Assembly (NCBI GenBank): GCA_965235115.1 | Contig: OZ249438.1 | Coordinates: forward strand, 9,672,001-9,736,000 | Source of the DNA: Laetmonice hystrix | Taxonomy: Eukaryota | Reading direction: 5' to 3' | Length of the DNA: 64,000 nucleotides | In this document: piece by piece, positions 23,881 through 37,859 of the stretch | How the letters are laid out: every line of letters starts with the position of its first letter | How positions within the stretch are numbered: the stretch's first letter is position 1 | Made by a program: the position numbers and the translations under genes | The notes under the pieces: generated by a model | Told to the model about the DNA's origin: nothing | What the model saw: the letters and a program-made list of their open reading frames with translations, nothing else | Databases searched by the model: none

Positions 23881-26800
23881 GTTACGCCCCTCGGGTGGAC
23901 GACACTGGAGGGATGGTCCAGAATCCTGCTCCACTGTCAGGAGGCGGCTGCAGGATGCCATATAATCCCACGCGTCCTTTGATGTCGCCGCTGCATGTTG
24001 GAATGCTATTGTTACCAATTAGGCAGCGTTCACACTCAGTGTCCGCGGCCGCTTCCCGCGTCTTTGTACATGGCGGCGGCGATAGGCGGGTGTGACTCAC
24101 CGCCAGGCAGCTGGACCATCGCTTGGGTTCAACCTTCCTGACCACAGGCAAAGGTAACCTTGATGGCCCATTCCGGCCCAACCCCAGCCCACTCGGACCC
24201 ACCATGGCCCAGCTCAGACCCAATACTGTCCCACCTCTGGCCCAGCTCAGGCCCAGGTCCTACCGCGGCCCCCAGGTGGGAACCCCCATCCTGGCCCCAT
24301 CCTGGCCCGTGCTGGCATCCATCAAATTAAACCCTCCAGTGGGAAACGAACGGCCCCAGCAAGGCAAAGTCGGGCAAAATAATTCCAAATAGACTTGCGT
24401 TGTTTTTTTCTGAAAGCTCTTGTAAAAACCGGAGGCGGTATATGCATTAGATTGATCACTCGAGTCATTATGTGCTTTTTGAATAACGATTACCAGCTCT
24501 GCGGAATGAGAGGTGTGTGTAGAACTCAAGGAGACAAGAGAGAACCCGAGGCAAGGATTGTGTACTGGTAAACCTGCATGTCATGTGACCGCACTCTAGG
24601 TGAATGCTTGTCGTCAGGATCAGTACAATCGGTTCGGTCGGTGGGACGCCCCAGGCTGTACTAGAGAGAGAGAGGAGAGAGCTACGCCTTTCCTTGGTTG
24701 TTGGAAAGGAGACCTGGCGAACAGAGGTCGGGGCTGGGACAGATTGGGACGAACTTAGTAGTGTTGGGTGGGGAGGTGACAACAATTATAACTCAGTACT
24801 TTTGTCTCGGTACGCATTGCGGATTTGTGGTACAAAACAAGGAATGCCAAATCAGGGGATTGCGTGTAGGTTTGGGAGAGATAATTCAGTCCCTTACTAA
24901 CATCGATGTGCATGCACCCCCCCCCCCCCACCCCCCACCCCACTCCCCCCACGCGTCCGCCTGTCAGCACGCGTTGATGGACGCGCAGACATTAATATTA
25001 ATGTTAACATTAGGAAAGCTTTGTAAAATGTCCTCGGATTAACCGTTCAAAGTACCGTTTCCTATAGTAATGGATTGACATGGAGTTTGTGACGTCACAG
25101 GTGCTGAGCGATGACTGCGTTCCGTTCGGGACGGAAGTGGCTGCGAGAGGGCGTTTGTTCTTTGTGTCACCTGTCCCACTGCTGGCCTGACCTCTTCACA
25201 TGTCACGTGGGTCACTGGGCAGTGTTTGGTTGGTTGTCAAAGTTAGGGCTCCTGGCTTCTCAAGTTGGTTCGTGTGTTTGTAGATCATAATCTCTCGCCA
25301 AGTGGATTGAAGAGAGTTTGTCTTGTTAAAGATATAAATGGAGATAGGTCTATTACAGGAAGGTCTGTACGTTGAAAGTCAGTTACAGGGATTTCTGAAG
25401 GGGCGAGCAGCCATTATGAAACTAATTACGGCCCCTTAGCCTGAAACCGATGTTGGCTGGTAAAACTTTTAAAAAGAAAGTCGGTTAGGGGGTGCAGGCC
25501 TCCCTTGCCCCCCCCCCCCCCCCCCCCCGGTGGGGACTGGATGAGGTGGTGCGCCGTGTCCGAATGTCTGTCCCGGGAACTCCTCTAAACTCCCACGTGA
25601 ACCATAACTCCCGACAACAATCTCTTCTCTTCATTCTTCTTTCAGACATGCTGACTCTCCTCCCCCCACTGAACTCCCACTCTACCTCCAGCCGAGTCGT
25701 CGTGCTGTCAGTACGACATTTCTTTTCACACCTTGGTTATGACTCAGGCCGGGAGAGTCTGAGGCGTGTAATTATTGAAAGCGATATCAATCATAAACCA
25801 TAAGCATCGCATTGTTTGCGGCGCAGTGTTATCAATACCAACCCAGCGGGAGGCGCCCGTTACAGCCCCGCAGATAATTCTCACCATTGTTCAAATGCAA
25901 AGTCATTAGCGAACACAATAAAGTGGGTAAAATAACGAGGCCAGGCCTTTCCTGAGCCCTCGCCCGTGCCAGTGTTAGGTGACAATGGCGGGTTGTCTCC
26001 ACTGAGTCGTATTGACAAACAGAGAGAGGTAGGCACACAGGACTTGGGGAAAACCTCAGACGGCATGTGGAGGCGTGCCACGTGACTAGCCCTAGCCTCG
26101 CTCTCGTCTCCAGTCGGCCCAGGGCCGGATGGGGCCGGCTCATGGGGCCGACTTGGGAGGCGATATTCTGAGGTCCAAAGTGGTCTCAGGAAGCAGTGGC
26201 ATGCTACGGTAGGAAGGCTCTTCACTCGACAAGAATGCGAGAAATCTTATCAAGTGCTCGAAACGTTTCAAGGCCTACATGTCTGGAGGGCTACAAAAGT
26301 GATAAATTGATTTATGATTCGACGCTGCTAAAACATAGATGCAGGAAATGTATAAGATGTGAAGATAGGTATGGAAAAATTCAATAAACTGAGGAGATTC
26401 AATCTTAGTAAAAACACATCTGCTTGTGGAAGGTACTGGCAGTGCCAATGGCAGTCATTTGAGGACATTTTCCATTGTAACCTCGAAACGTGGCACCAGT
26501 TGCTGACCCAGAACCCAGGAATGGTGGCCTCGCGTGTCTCTGAGGTCCATGTTTGTGCCCCTGTCGCCAAGGGCCCGGCTGCTCTAGTCTGTCCTTATCG
26601 CAAAAGGCAGGCAGGCAGGCAGAAGGCTCGGCCCCGTCTTCCCGCCAACTTCTGGCAGAGATTGCCAGTGGCTGGGCCGGTTTCCAGCGGCTGCGGACCA
26701 GCCGTTCCGGCCGTACGTATTTACCCTCACCCCCCAACCCCACCCCAGGCCTGCCGTGACCATGCCACTGTTGTGACCGCTCCCTACTTGATCATGACGC

Positions 26801-29800
26801 GATGTGGCAGCATTATCTGACACAGCCCTAATTTGTCACAACCCGGGCTCAGTCTCGCGTACAAACCCTCCATTTAGAGGTAACAGTTCTCGCATCCATT
26901 TGGCGAGTGAAGCCAGCACGCTATTCCGTCATCGGGGCCTTTACAACTGATACCAGCGCCGCCCGTTTGGCTACAGTCGTCACAGTAACAGTAGAGACAG
27001 ATGTACGACTGAGCTATGCCAGCGGGACCAGAGAGACGCAGGGAGCTGTAGGCGACTACAGGATGCCGTGCGTCACAGTCAGAATAAAGTCCGTCTGATC
27101 TGAGCTGGGATCAAGAACACAAAAATATGGTTTACATGAACCGCCTTGAAATACTATACTTGAGGCTCTCAGGGGCGTTTTTTATACGCCATTGCATGGT
27201 GCAGACATTTGAATGAATACTGAAGGATCTCTTGTTGTGCGAGTTGTTTATACGCTAGCAGTTTTTTCTCCAGGAGCATTTGGCTTTCATATGGTTGAAT
27301 GGAGAGTGGATGAAGTCAGTACAGCGCCTAATATTTGTTTCCGTCCAAGATGTGAAGGCACACGTAGATATTTGTCCAGCTGAGGTAGTTCTGACCATTC
27401 CCGCCCCCGCCCCCCTTCCTGATGACTAGTGTGATGACACCCTAATACAGTCGATTGTCATGGTAACGCCTCATTCCTCACGTCAATGCGCTGGCCCGCC
27501 AGTAGATTTGATCATGACGTTACGTCATTTCTATGCCGATACTTGGCGGTACAGCTTCGAGTGCGTCTAGTGTGGGCGGTCTATTATATGTGTAACGTTA
27601 CGTCAGTGACGTTTGGCTTCAGGCCACAAATGGCGACTTTGTCCGGAGACCGTAATGTGAATTGAAGGCTGATGACCAATGGGAGTGACCAGTGGCCACT
27701 AACCTAGACAATTATAGATAAATTCAAGAGAAGATCATGCTATTATCCTTTAATGGGAGCTTTTAAACTTACACATCGATCGATAAACCCAATGTTCGAA
27801 CTCAAGGGACTCTATAATAGGTATGTCTGTAGGGCCTACTTCTCATTAGAAAGCGCTGTTTGATTAGATTAAAGGGAATATTTTCAAAAGGAAACGTACA
27901 TTGTTCAGCATAATTGAATTTCGGATGATTGTTAAATTAGTTCTAATACTTTTTGCATATCATAACGAAGGGAATGTAAACTGTTCTGGCGTAAAGCCCG
28001 AGAGAGCACGTAAAGCAAACCCGCTTCTTCGTGAACATGAATTCATTATGCAGCTCGCGCGCCGGCTGTCCTGAGCGTTTATGTGAATGGGTGGTGCATG
28101 AGGGGAAAGGGCGCAAAGTCCTGAGATTTCGGAGGGAGTTGGGTCGAGTTGGAGGAGGAGGGGTAGCAGGAGGAGGGAGTAGTCAGTCATGCAGGTAGCA
28201 GGCGGTGTCTGAGTCCGTTCACCCCTCCTGCTGGTGACGGGCAGTGGAGACCGGCCAGAGGAGGTGACACACGCCTGCCGGTTCTCCAAGTCCATCTCTC
28301 CCTGTATTGATGTTTGAATAATTCTTGACATGCCTTGGCAAACATGCTACTGTTGGAGCGGCCAAACTGGAGAAGTGAGATTCAATTTCGGACAAATGTT
28401 TGAAGAAGGAATGCAAACACCTCGTATTCTGAATTAGTTGTCATGATTTGCATAAGCATTGCAGGTTTAGAGTTGGCATGCGGGGCGGGCGGGGTGGTGG
28501 GACGCCGGTGGGTGCCGTATGGGACCCACAGACAGCCCAGCTCATGGTCGATCAATGGCAGGGTGAGGGTAGGTATCGGGATGGCAACATGTGATATGGA
28601 AAGGTATAGGACCTCACAATCCGGACCGAGGGTTAGGGTTTGATGGCGCCATCTGGCGGGAGTTGGAGGACCCTACCCCACCCCGAACCCCAGTACACGA
28701 GAACCCTGAACAAATAACAGAAACTTGGGACGAAAATCGAATCACAAAATAGAAAGCAAACACGAATTTGAATGTGTAAGGAGGAGGGTAAATAGTGGGC
28801 CAATAAGAAAGTTTATTCACACGTTGCATTTGACAAATATGGAGGAAAAGGGAGAGAAAGAAGAATGGAGGGCAGTTTGAAATAGGGCAAACTGATGACG
28901 TCATGGACCGTTAACATGGAGAGGGTATCTTGCGTCACATTACGGAGAGAGAGGACGTTCACACTTTGGCTCCGATTAGAGAGGGGGTGGGCATTTGCAC
29001 TAGAGCCTCAAAATGTGGCCTTAGGACGCGAGTGTGTGTCGGGAGTTACATAACCCTTCACGCCATTAAAATTTTACGGTGTTTTCATTGAGCCTTTCTC
29101 CGATAAGCCACGTGCCCTCTAGGCCAGCTCTGACCGCGACCATCTGGACTTGAGGCCCACTGGTCGCCTGGCCCTTAAACCAAACACAAACACTCGCTGA
29201 CCCAAGCACACATAAACACAAACTTGGACCCGTACAACACGTTACAGGCCTCTGAGAGGGATGGTGTGGGAGGTGGGGTATGAAGGGGGGAGGGAGCAGT
29301 GGGCACGAGCAAGAAGAGGTCGGGGGTGGTATCGGGGGGCGTTTTAAGAGCCCCGATTCTACCACCCTGCCCGACACTACTCGTTCTCCATCCTTTGAGA
29401 GAATATCATGTTCTTTGCTACATTGGAGACTGTCGGTCGACTTTTATATATTAGATGTTGACCATACAACAATCTGTCATGGATGGAAGATGTTGAAAGT
29501 ATGTCGTCAAGGTAACAGCATAGTGGTTTAATGGACAGTCAGATAGAATATGGTATGATATATATCGGTCGACAACAAATGAGTATCATTTTCATTTCGC
29601 TTGGACTTAGGCCTGGTCGTTTTACTGCCGCTGATTTGATAACAGTCAATTACTGACGACGAAAGTATGCCAGGGCGACTGGAGGATTCTCGTGACTTGT
29701 GGTGGTTGTTGGCTTTATTCTGTCAGCAGGGTTCATTATCCACCGAGTGAAGCAGGCCGGTGTCGCGGTCTCACCTTTCCACCAGTTTCAAGTTTCCTGG

Positions 29801-30576
29801 GGCATGGTTTCTTGCAGTATAGATGTGCGCGCATCAAGGAGGCGAGAAAAGATGGTTTCTGAACGGAAGTCTTTACCTTCATTATCGGCTGTTAAGAGAG
29901 GGAAAGATAGTCGCTGTGACTTGTACCCGTGCCAGACTGTGGCTTTACAATTTGACTTCACAGCATGTGGTTGTTTGCTACAATAATTGGCTCGAAGTCA
30001 AATTGATGATCACATAGGGAATGGTTGGCAATTTCTAGCATAATCGGCAATCTAGGGCTGAGATTTCGGAACGTTTAACAGGAAGCATCCAGTATTATGA
30101 CGCATACCCACATAGCACCAGCCTCGAGAAGAACGGAGACCGGCGGAGAGATGAGACCGGCACACCGGTTCTCTCGCCACCACTGATTGGGTAAGACCCT
30201 TGCTGATCGCTATGATCTGATAGGCTGCCGGAGCCTGCCGTTACGTCAGATTGAGGTCACGTCACCATGACCTCCTCTATACGAGTAATTGCCTGCTGAG
30301 CCCGACGCCTCGGTCCCAAGTATTGTCTGAAGACATCGGAGGCAGGGAGCCAATCAAAACGCTGCCAGTGCCGGCTCGGCAAGCGGCGTTTAATTGAGAC
30401 AGAGTTACTGGCTTAAGTGGGAAATGAGATATCTACTTACTAACTGGTCCACGCAAGGTTAGATGTCCAACTGTAAGCTAGTCCATCCATGCCGACTATC
30501 TCTCATCGAGGAGGTTATCTTGTGATGACAATAAGATGTAGTCTGAGATAATGATAGTTGAGTTCCGAGGATGTCG

Positions 30577-31545
30577 CATAACGAGGGCAGTGAGGAGGGC
30601 GAGGTGAGGTTGGTTTATCCCGCCCGTCCTCTATATGAGGGCTGGAGGACCAACTATTCCCCACATAACGAGGGCAGTGAGGAGGGCGAGGTGAGGTTGG
30701 TTTATCCCGCCCGTCCTCTATATGAGGGCTGGAGGACCAACTATTCCCCACATAACGAGGGCAGTGAGGAGGGCGAGGTGAGGTTGGTTTATCCCGCCCG
30801 TCCTCTATATGAGGGCTGGAGGACCAACTCTTCCCCACATAACGAGGGCAGTGAGGAGGGCGAGGTGAGGTTGGTTTATCCCGCCCGTCCTCTATATGAG
30901 GGCTGGAGGACCAACTCTTCCCCACATAACGAGGGCAGTGAGGAGGGCGAGGTGAGGTTGGTTTATCCCGCCCGTCCTCTATATGAGGGCTGGAGGACCA
31001 ACTATTCCCCACATAACGAGGGCAGTGAGGAGGGCGAGGTGAGGTTGGTTTATCCCGCCCGTCCTCTATATGAGGGCTGGAGGACCAACTATTCCCCACA
31101 TAACGAGGGCAGTGAGGAGGGCGAGGTGAGGTTGGTTTATCCCGCCCGTCCTCTATATGAGGACTGGAGGACCAACTATTCCCCACATAACGAGGGCAGT
31201 GAGGAGGGCGAGGTGAGGTTGGTTTATCCCGCCCGTCCTCTATATGAGGACTGGAGGACCAACTATTCCCCACATAACGAGGGCAGTGAGGAGGGCGAGG
31301 TGAGGTTGGTTTATCCCGCCCGTCCTCTATATGAGGGCTGGAGGACCAACTCTTCCCCACATAACGAGGGCAGTGAGGAGGGCGAGGTGAGGTTGGTTTA
31401 TCCCGCCCGTCCTCTATATGAGGGCTGGAGGACCAACTATTCCCCACATAACGAGGGCAGTGAGGAGGGCGAGGTGAGGTTGGTTTATCCCGCCCGTCCT
31501 CTATATGAGGACTGGAGGACCAACTATTCCCCACATAACGAGGGC
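30577..31545. repeat. Minisatellite, 87-bp unit, 11 full copies, highly homogeneous
   Basis: Exact 87-bp period (30577 to 31534 = 11 x 87); only two variable positions seen. Confidence 0.98.
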
Positions 31546-32442
31546 CGTAACTCCCCAGTCGGCCACCCGTCCGTAGTTGGCCACGGTTTAACTCAGCAAG
31601 AATGCAGGAAAAAAATCCAATGTGATTGTTTCAGTTGCAGGAATGATTTGCTTGTTGATAGAATTATTGTGGGGAGACGTGATGCATCGCCTGGGGAGAG
31701 GGTTTTGTTGTTAACGTCGGTTTTCTCTCTCAATGCTGAAGTTAAGGAGAAGCAGTATTTGGAAGACGCAGCAGAATGTTAACACCATCTGGAAAGGTAT
31801 TGATTCTCGGTTAGGGAGGGGAAAAGAACTGTATCGCTCTCTTGGCTCGATTTCAATGACATTTGAATACGTCACATTAGAGCCGTATTTACATGTCTGC
31901 CATATTTCATCGACTGTCCTCTTCAAATTTCTAAATGCACTGGTGTGAGGTCTATGCGTATATCCCCGCAGTCGACGTGAGAAATCGGCGCTAAATGTTT
32001 TTTTTTGTCCAGAAGATGAAGTGATTTCCATTCGACACCCAGGACGTATTGAGCTCGTGTGGCGGAGTGTCATGTATTATACACGGGGGTTCATGTAGGC
32101 ATGCAGGGGAAGATCCCGATTTGATATTCATAGACCCAAACTCTCTCTCTCTCTCTCTCTCTCCTATTGAAAAGGTGCCCGCGGGGCGCAGCCAATCCGG
32201 CACCGATTGCTCCTGTCACGTGATCACGAGACCATGATGGATGAGCAGGTGTGGTGGGACTCTGTTCGACAAGGTGAAGGTCATTACTCGCCCTCAGCCT
32301 ACACCAACTCCGTATATACCTTCACAGAAATTGGCCTCCCATCAAGGGTCAGACCTCCAATTCGTCGAAGGTCAAGGCCGTTTGAGTTTCATTCCCTGTG
32401 AGGCTGGACGTGAATTGAGCAGGTGTTGTGCCAGATTATTGT

Positions 32443-32596
32443 NNNNNNNNNNNNNNNNNNNNNNNNNNNNNNNNNNNNNNNNNNNNNNNNNNNNNNNNNN
32501 NNNNNNNNNNNNNNNNNNNNNNNNNNNNNNNNNNNNNNNNNNNNNNNNNNNNNNNNNNNNNNNNNNNNNNNNNNNNNNNNNNNNNNNNNNNNNNNN
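32443..32596. other. Assembly gap (154 N)
   Basis: Run of N. Confidence 1.
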
Positions 32597-34104
32597 GAGA
32601 GACCATGGTTCGAGGATAGGTTTGGTTATGGTGACTGATAAAAACCTTAAGGGCCTGATCCACTAAGGCGATTTTCCTTGCGAGGTCCATGCGATATTGA
32701 CATAACTCTTTTATTTTACTGTGATTTTGAGATTAAAAGATGGAACCCTTTTCCTTAAACAAGGAAGGCCGAACGTGTGTCGTGGTTGCCATGGCAGCGG
32801 GTGGCAGCGACCGGCGGCAAGCGACACTGTGTGGAGGGCAGTGTCGTCATGAGACAAACACGCGGCGTTGCCTTGGAAACGCGCGGAAGCCTGGCAGACG
32901 ACATTGTCAAAATCTTATTTCCTTATCTTATCAAGCGCAGCCCGGCAGCATTCTCACATCATTATACGTTTTAAAAATTATATATCTCTAATGCCCTGCT
33001 CTGAGTAACTTGGCTGAGGAGTGAGGAGGTTGAATATTGTAGGAATAATTAAACTTCTTCAATTCCCATGTGGCTGTCGTCAAGACAACTTTAGTTGTGG
33101 TGAGAGTAGTTGACACTGTAGGCCTACCGTACCACCACGACAACCCGCGGGGGCTGTGGTGTGGATCAAAGGATTACCCAGTCAACTGAAGATGTTGCCT
33201 GTCGACACATGTTGTGTGGATGTAAATGTTTCACTTACCGATCCTGTCTCATGTCTGACTACACTAGAGGAGACTGAAAAAGAAAGTTCTCCGTTCTCAC
33301 AACTGCTTTAGAAAAATAAGAAAGAACGGGTTTATGTTGCAGCAGTGTTCGTTTCTTAATAAACCATGATGCATGAACGGGCCACCATTACATGTTTTTT
33401 AAGATGATAGGCGACTAAATCTGTCGGATATAACACGGGGAAACCATGATGTCCGGTTCTGGGTTGGAGAAGCATTCTTTTGGGTCACCGGAGTCAAGGA
33501 AAACCGAGCTTGTGTTCCGTCTCTCAAATTATTTTCTATGACTGACCTGATTAAGTCCAGTTCTGTTCGGCTCACAAGAATCTGGATTTTCCAATGGCCT
33601 GGATTGATTTTTTTGGAGACAATTACTCCCAGTGGAAAAGATAATGAACTAACCGTTTTCTTCAATCGTCCGCAAATTAGGGCTCAGCCCTAATGGACAT
33701 TCTAATATGTTGAGTGCCAAATATGCGGGGCTGGTCTAATAATGAAATGGTTTCCTTAATTGTCGCAGATAGAAGGAAAATGGACAAAATTTCTGAAAGT
33801 AGTCAGGAAAAGATCGTGGAGAGCCGCAAAAGGTCATGGACAGGAATTTGTCATGCATAAGAGAAGAGGAAACAAAGATGGATTAGGCCAGAGAGGTCAG
33901 CAAACTGCAAGAACTATGACAGGCTAGAAATCAGAAATTATTTATTACTTTTAATATCTGTCATTATGATGAGTGATGATGCTGAGTGGGTCAGAGCTGA
34001 GTGTGTGTGTGGGGGGGGGGGGGGGGGCAGTGGACGCTGGAAATCTGAACACGTCTCTGGCAGCGGTCATCGTCAGCGCTGGGCCACTTGACACCATGCT
34101 CTAA

Positions 34105-35360
34105 TAGGGCCACTTACATCCAATCCCGCCCAGGGCCACCATCATCCAACCCCGCTCAGGGCCACCAACATCCAACCCCGTCCAGGGCCAACATCCAACC
34201 CCACCCAGGGCCACTAACATCCAACCCCGCCCAGGGCCAACATCCAACCCCACCCAGGGCCAACAACATCCAACCCCGCTCAGGGACAACATCCAACCCC
34301 GCTCAGGGCCAACATCCAACCCCACCCAGGGCCACTTACATCCAACCCCGCTCAGGGCCAACATCCAACCCCACCCAGGGCCACTTACATCCAACCCCGC
34401 ACAGGGCCAACAACATCCAACCCCGCCCAGGGCCAACATCCAACCCCACCCAGGGCCACCATCATCCAACCCCGCTCAGGGCCACCAACATCCAACCCCG
34501 TCCAGGGCCAACATCCAACCCCACCCAGGGCCACTAACATCCAACCCCGCCCAGGGCCAACATCCAACCCCACCCAGGGCCAACAACATCCAACCCCGCT
34601 CAGGGCCAACATCCAACCCCGCTCAGGGCCAACATCCAACCCCACCCAGGGCCACTTACATCCAACCCCGCTCAGGGCCAACATCCAACCCCACCCAGGG
34701 CCACTTACATCCAACCCCGCACAGGGCCAACAACATCCAACCCCGCCCAGGGCCAACATCCAACCCCACCCAGGGCCAGCAACATCCAACCCCACCCAGG
34801 GCCACCAGCATCCAACCCCACCCAGGGCCACCAACACCCAACCCTACCCATGCAGGGCCACCAGCATCCAACCCCACCCAGGGCCACCAACACCCAACCC
34901 TACCCATGCAGGGCCACCAGCATCCAACCCCGCCCCGGGCCACCAGCATCCAACCCCGCCCAGAGCCACCAACATCCAACCCCACCCAGGGCCACCAGCA
35001 TCCAACCCCACCCAGGGCCACCAACACCCAACCCTACCCATGCAGGGCCACCAGCATCCAACCCCGCCCCGGGCCACCAGCATCCAACCCCGCCCAGAGC
35101 CACCAACATCCAACCCCACCCAGGGCCACCAGCATCCAACCCCACCCAGGGCCACCAACACCCAACCCTACCCATGCAGGGCCACCAGCATCCAACCCCG
35201 CCCCGGGCCACCAGCATCCAACCCCGCCCAGAGCCACCAACATCCAACCCCGCCCAGGGCCACCAGCATCCATCTCCACCTAGGGCCACCAGCATCCATC
35301 TCCACCTAGGGCCACTAACACCCACCCGGCCCAGAGCACTTACAACTCCCTCGCTCAGGG
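34105..35360. repeat. C-rich minisatellite, 23-26-bp units, with 320-bp and 134-bp higher-order blocks
   Basis: Unit GGGCCA(CCA)ACATCCAACCCCACCCA; the block at 34141 recurs at 34461. Confidence 0.95.
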
Positions 35361-36810
35361 CCACTTATAACCCAGCTTTTTGTTGTTACATAATGACGAT
35401 ATTGTACCATTTTGTGTTCTGAGTGCATGTTTAGAATTATGACTCCATTAGTTTGATTTATGCTTCAACAAATAAAGTATCCGCCATTTTAAGTGTGAGC
35501 TGGGGCCGATTGAAGTAATGAAAAATCAACACGGATCGATACTTTACAAATGTCCCTTTCTCCGGCGCAATCTCAGTGTGACTGTTGTGGATACTGTCTG
35601 AGGGAAACCACAACAAACGCTTCATTGGTTCAAATCGTTCAAATCTAGCCGGGCTGTTATTCTGTGGAAGAGAGGCGGTCAGACCGGGGGTGGGGGGGGG
35701 GGGGGGGGGAGACGTAGTCGGTGCGTCTTCCTCCCATGTGATGCCTCATGGCTAGAGCTTGTACTCAGAGCACACCGTTAATTGCCACATAAAAGTCCAC
35801 ATTTGCAGTTTGAAGCTTCAGGTGAGAATAATAAAACGCTACTTATAGTCTGAGATATTGCTGCAAGTATTGAATGGCTGAGACCGGAAGTAGCAGGCAG
35901 GGCGACCTCTGCCGGCGAGCAGTGTGAATGATCCCAGCTGTTGCCTCCGGCCCCCTCCCCCCAATTAAACCAAGATCAAATTCTTCGGGGAAATGCCCCA
36001 ATGAAATCCCCAATGCCATAACCATTTTCCAGATGTCAACGATATGGATCAGCGCATTGCGAAATTTAGATTTGAGAATTCAGAATCTACTCTTTAGGTT
36101 TTCAATAATTCGTCGATGCGCCGCACGATACGGGAAAGTGACGCAAAAAAGAGAAAAAAGTGATTTGTACGCTTAGAATTTAGTAAAGCATTTCGAGACA
36201 TTTGTAACGTTTCTCTGAATACTGTCTCTACGGAGGTTGCTGTTCTCGAGTAATCATCGTTTCGCGGAAAGAGAAGAGGGTATAAGTCTCAGGAGAAGTG
36301 AAATATCGACCAATTTCCGGCAACTTCGGAATGGTTGGCGGTCTGCTAATGAAAGAAGATGTTAGGTTAATACTCGGCTCTTGGGGTTCATTGCATGTAT
36401 TAAGTCGTATTGAATTTGTCAAAAACACTACCGTAATCAGGTACAAGTGCGACACAAGTTTCAATTTGGGTAGCACTACCTGCCGCTCAGAATTGGTGCC
36501 GTTAATTAGGTCCGGAAGAGAGTTTAAAAAATGTCGATGGTGTTAGAGTCGGGTCTCTCGGAACCTGTCGCGGACAGCGTGTACAGGTCAACTGAGAACA
36601 CTCCCTGCTGTCGGGTAAAAACGACGACTTCCTGCTCCAGGGTAAAAACAAAAAATGTGGGAAGAACGTGGCAGACACTGACACCCCTGGCAAGATGGGC
36701 GGCCGGGTGTGGGGTGGCGGTGGTGTTCTTACTCCAGTCATCGGACTATATAGGGCTTGGCAAAATCTAGCCAGGCTATGTGGTTAGTCCGTAGATCTGG
36801 TCCTCTTGGG

Positions 36811-37185
36811 CAGGTAAGGGCTTTTCTGGTCAGGTAGGGGCCTTTCCACCGTCAGGTAATGGCCTTTCCACAGTCAGGTAGGGGCCTTTCCACCGTCAGG
36901 TAATGGCCTTTCCACAGTCAGGTAGGGGCCTTTCCACCGTCAGGTTAGGGCCTTTCCACAGTCAGGTAAGGGCCTTTCCACCGTCAGGTAGGGGCCTTTC
37001 CACAGTCAGGTAGGGGCCTTTCCACCGTCAGGTTAGGGCCTTTCCACAGTCAGGTAAGGGCCTTTCCACCGTCAGGTAGGGGCCTTTCCACAGTCAGGTA
37101 GGGGCCTTTCCACCGTCAGGTTAGGGCCTTTCCACCGTCAGGTAGGGGCCTTTCCACCGCCAGGTAAGGGCCTTTCCACATGGGT
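36811..37185. repeat. Minisatellite, 22-bp unit, about 17 copies
   Basis: Unit GGGCCTTTCCAC(C/A)GTCAGGTA(A/G). Confidence 0.95.
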
Positions 37186-37859
37186 AGGGCCCCATCTCAG
37201 TCAGATATATGGGGAGGCCCTACAGTCAGGTGTCAGCCCCTCGCTCCACCCATCCAGCCCCCCACCCCCACCCCACCCACCCACGCAGGGTCAGCCTGTG
37301 TATGACCAGGTTATGTTGATCGATTCCCGCCCGCCCACCAGCCGGACGGTTGACGGCTCCCAGGAGTCCCAGAACCCGGCAGGTTTAGACGCTGGAGGCC
37401 GGTGGTCGGCACGCCGCCACCAGTCAGAGAGTGCCGTGACGGGACGTACTTACAATACTAGCACCTGATGAGGGTCAACTCCTTTGTCATTCTCACCCCG
37501 GAATGGGTTGGACTCGTACCCCTCCGCCGGTCAGGGGGGTGAGTTATGGACGTACCAACCCCCTGCCCTGCCCGCTTGTGTCGCCAACTCCTATATCACA
37601 CCGCCATCACTTCTCGTTTCTCACCTACTAAATATAAGTTTATAGCTTCATAAATGCCAAAGGAAATTTGCAAACGCCGACCGTTCGTAATGGTATTAGC
37701 GTTATGGCCACACTGACATGCAAGTGAATCGGTGACGGTTTGCTTCCTAACTGGTCGGGAGGGGGGGGGGGGGTCACTGCATCCTGTGGTCAAATATTAG
37801 GGTCTAGACACGGTAGGAACTAGGGGAAGATATCAAACTTGTTCAATAGTTCAAACAGT

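Noticed and set aside
34088-35422. Pro/Gln-rich and Gly/Trp-rich ORFs
   Set aside because: Products of the C-rich minisatellite with frequent frame shifts.
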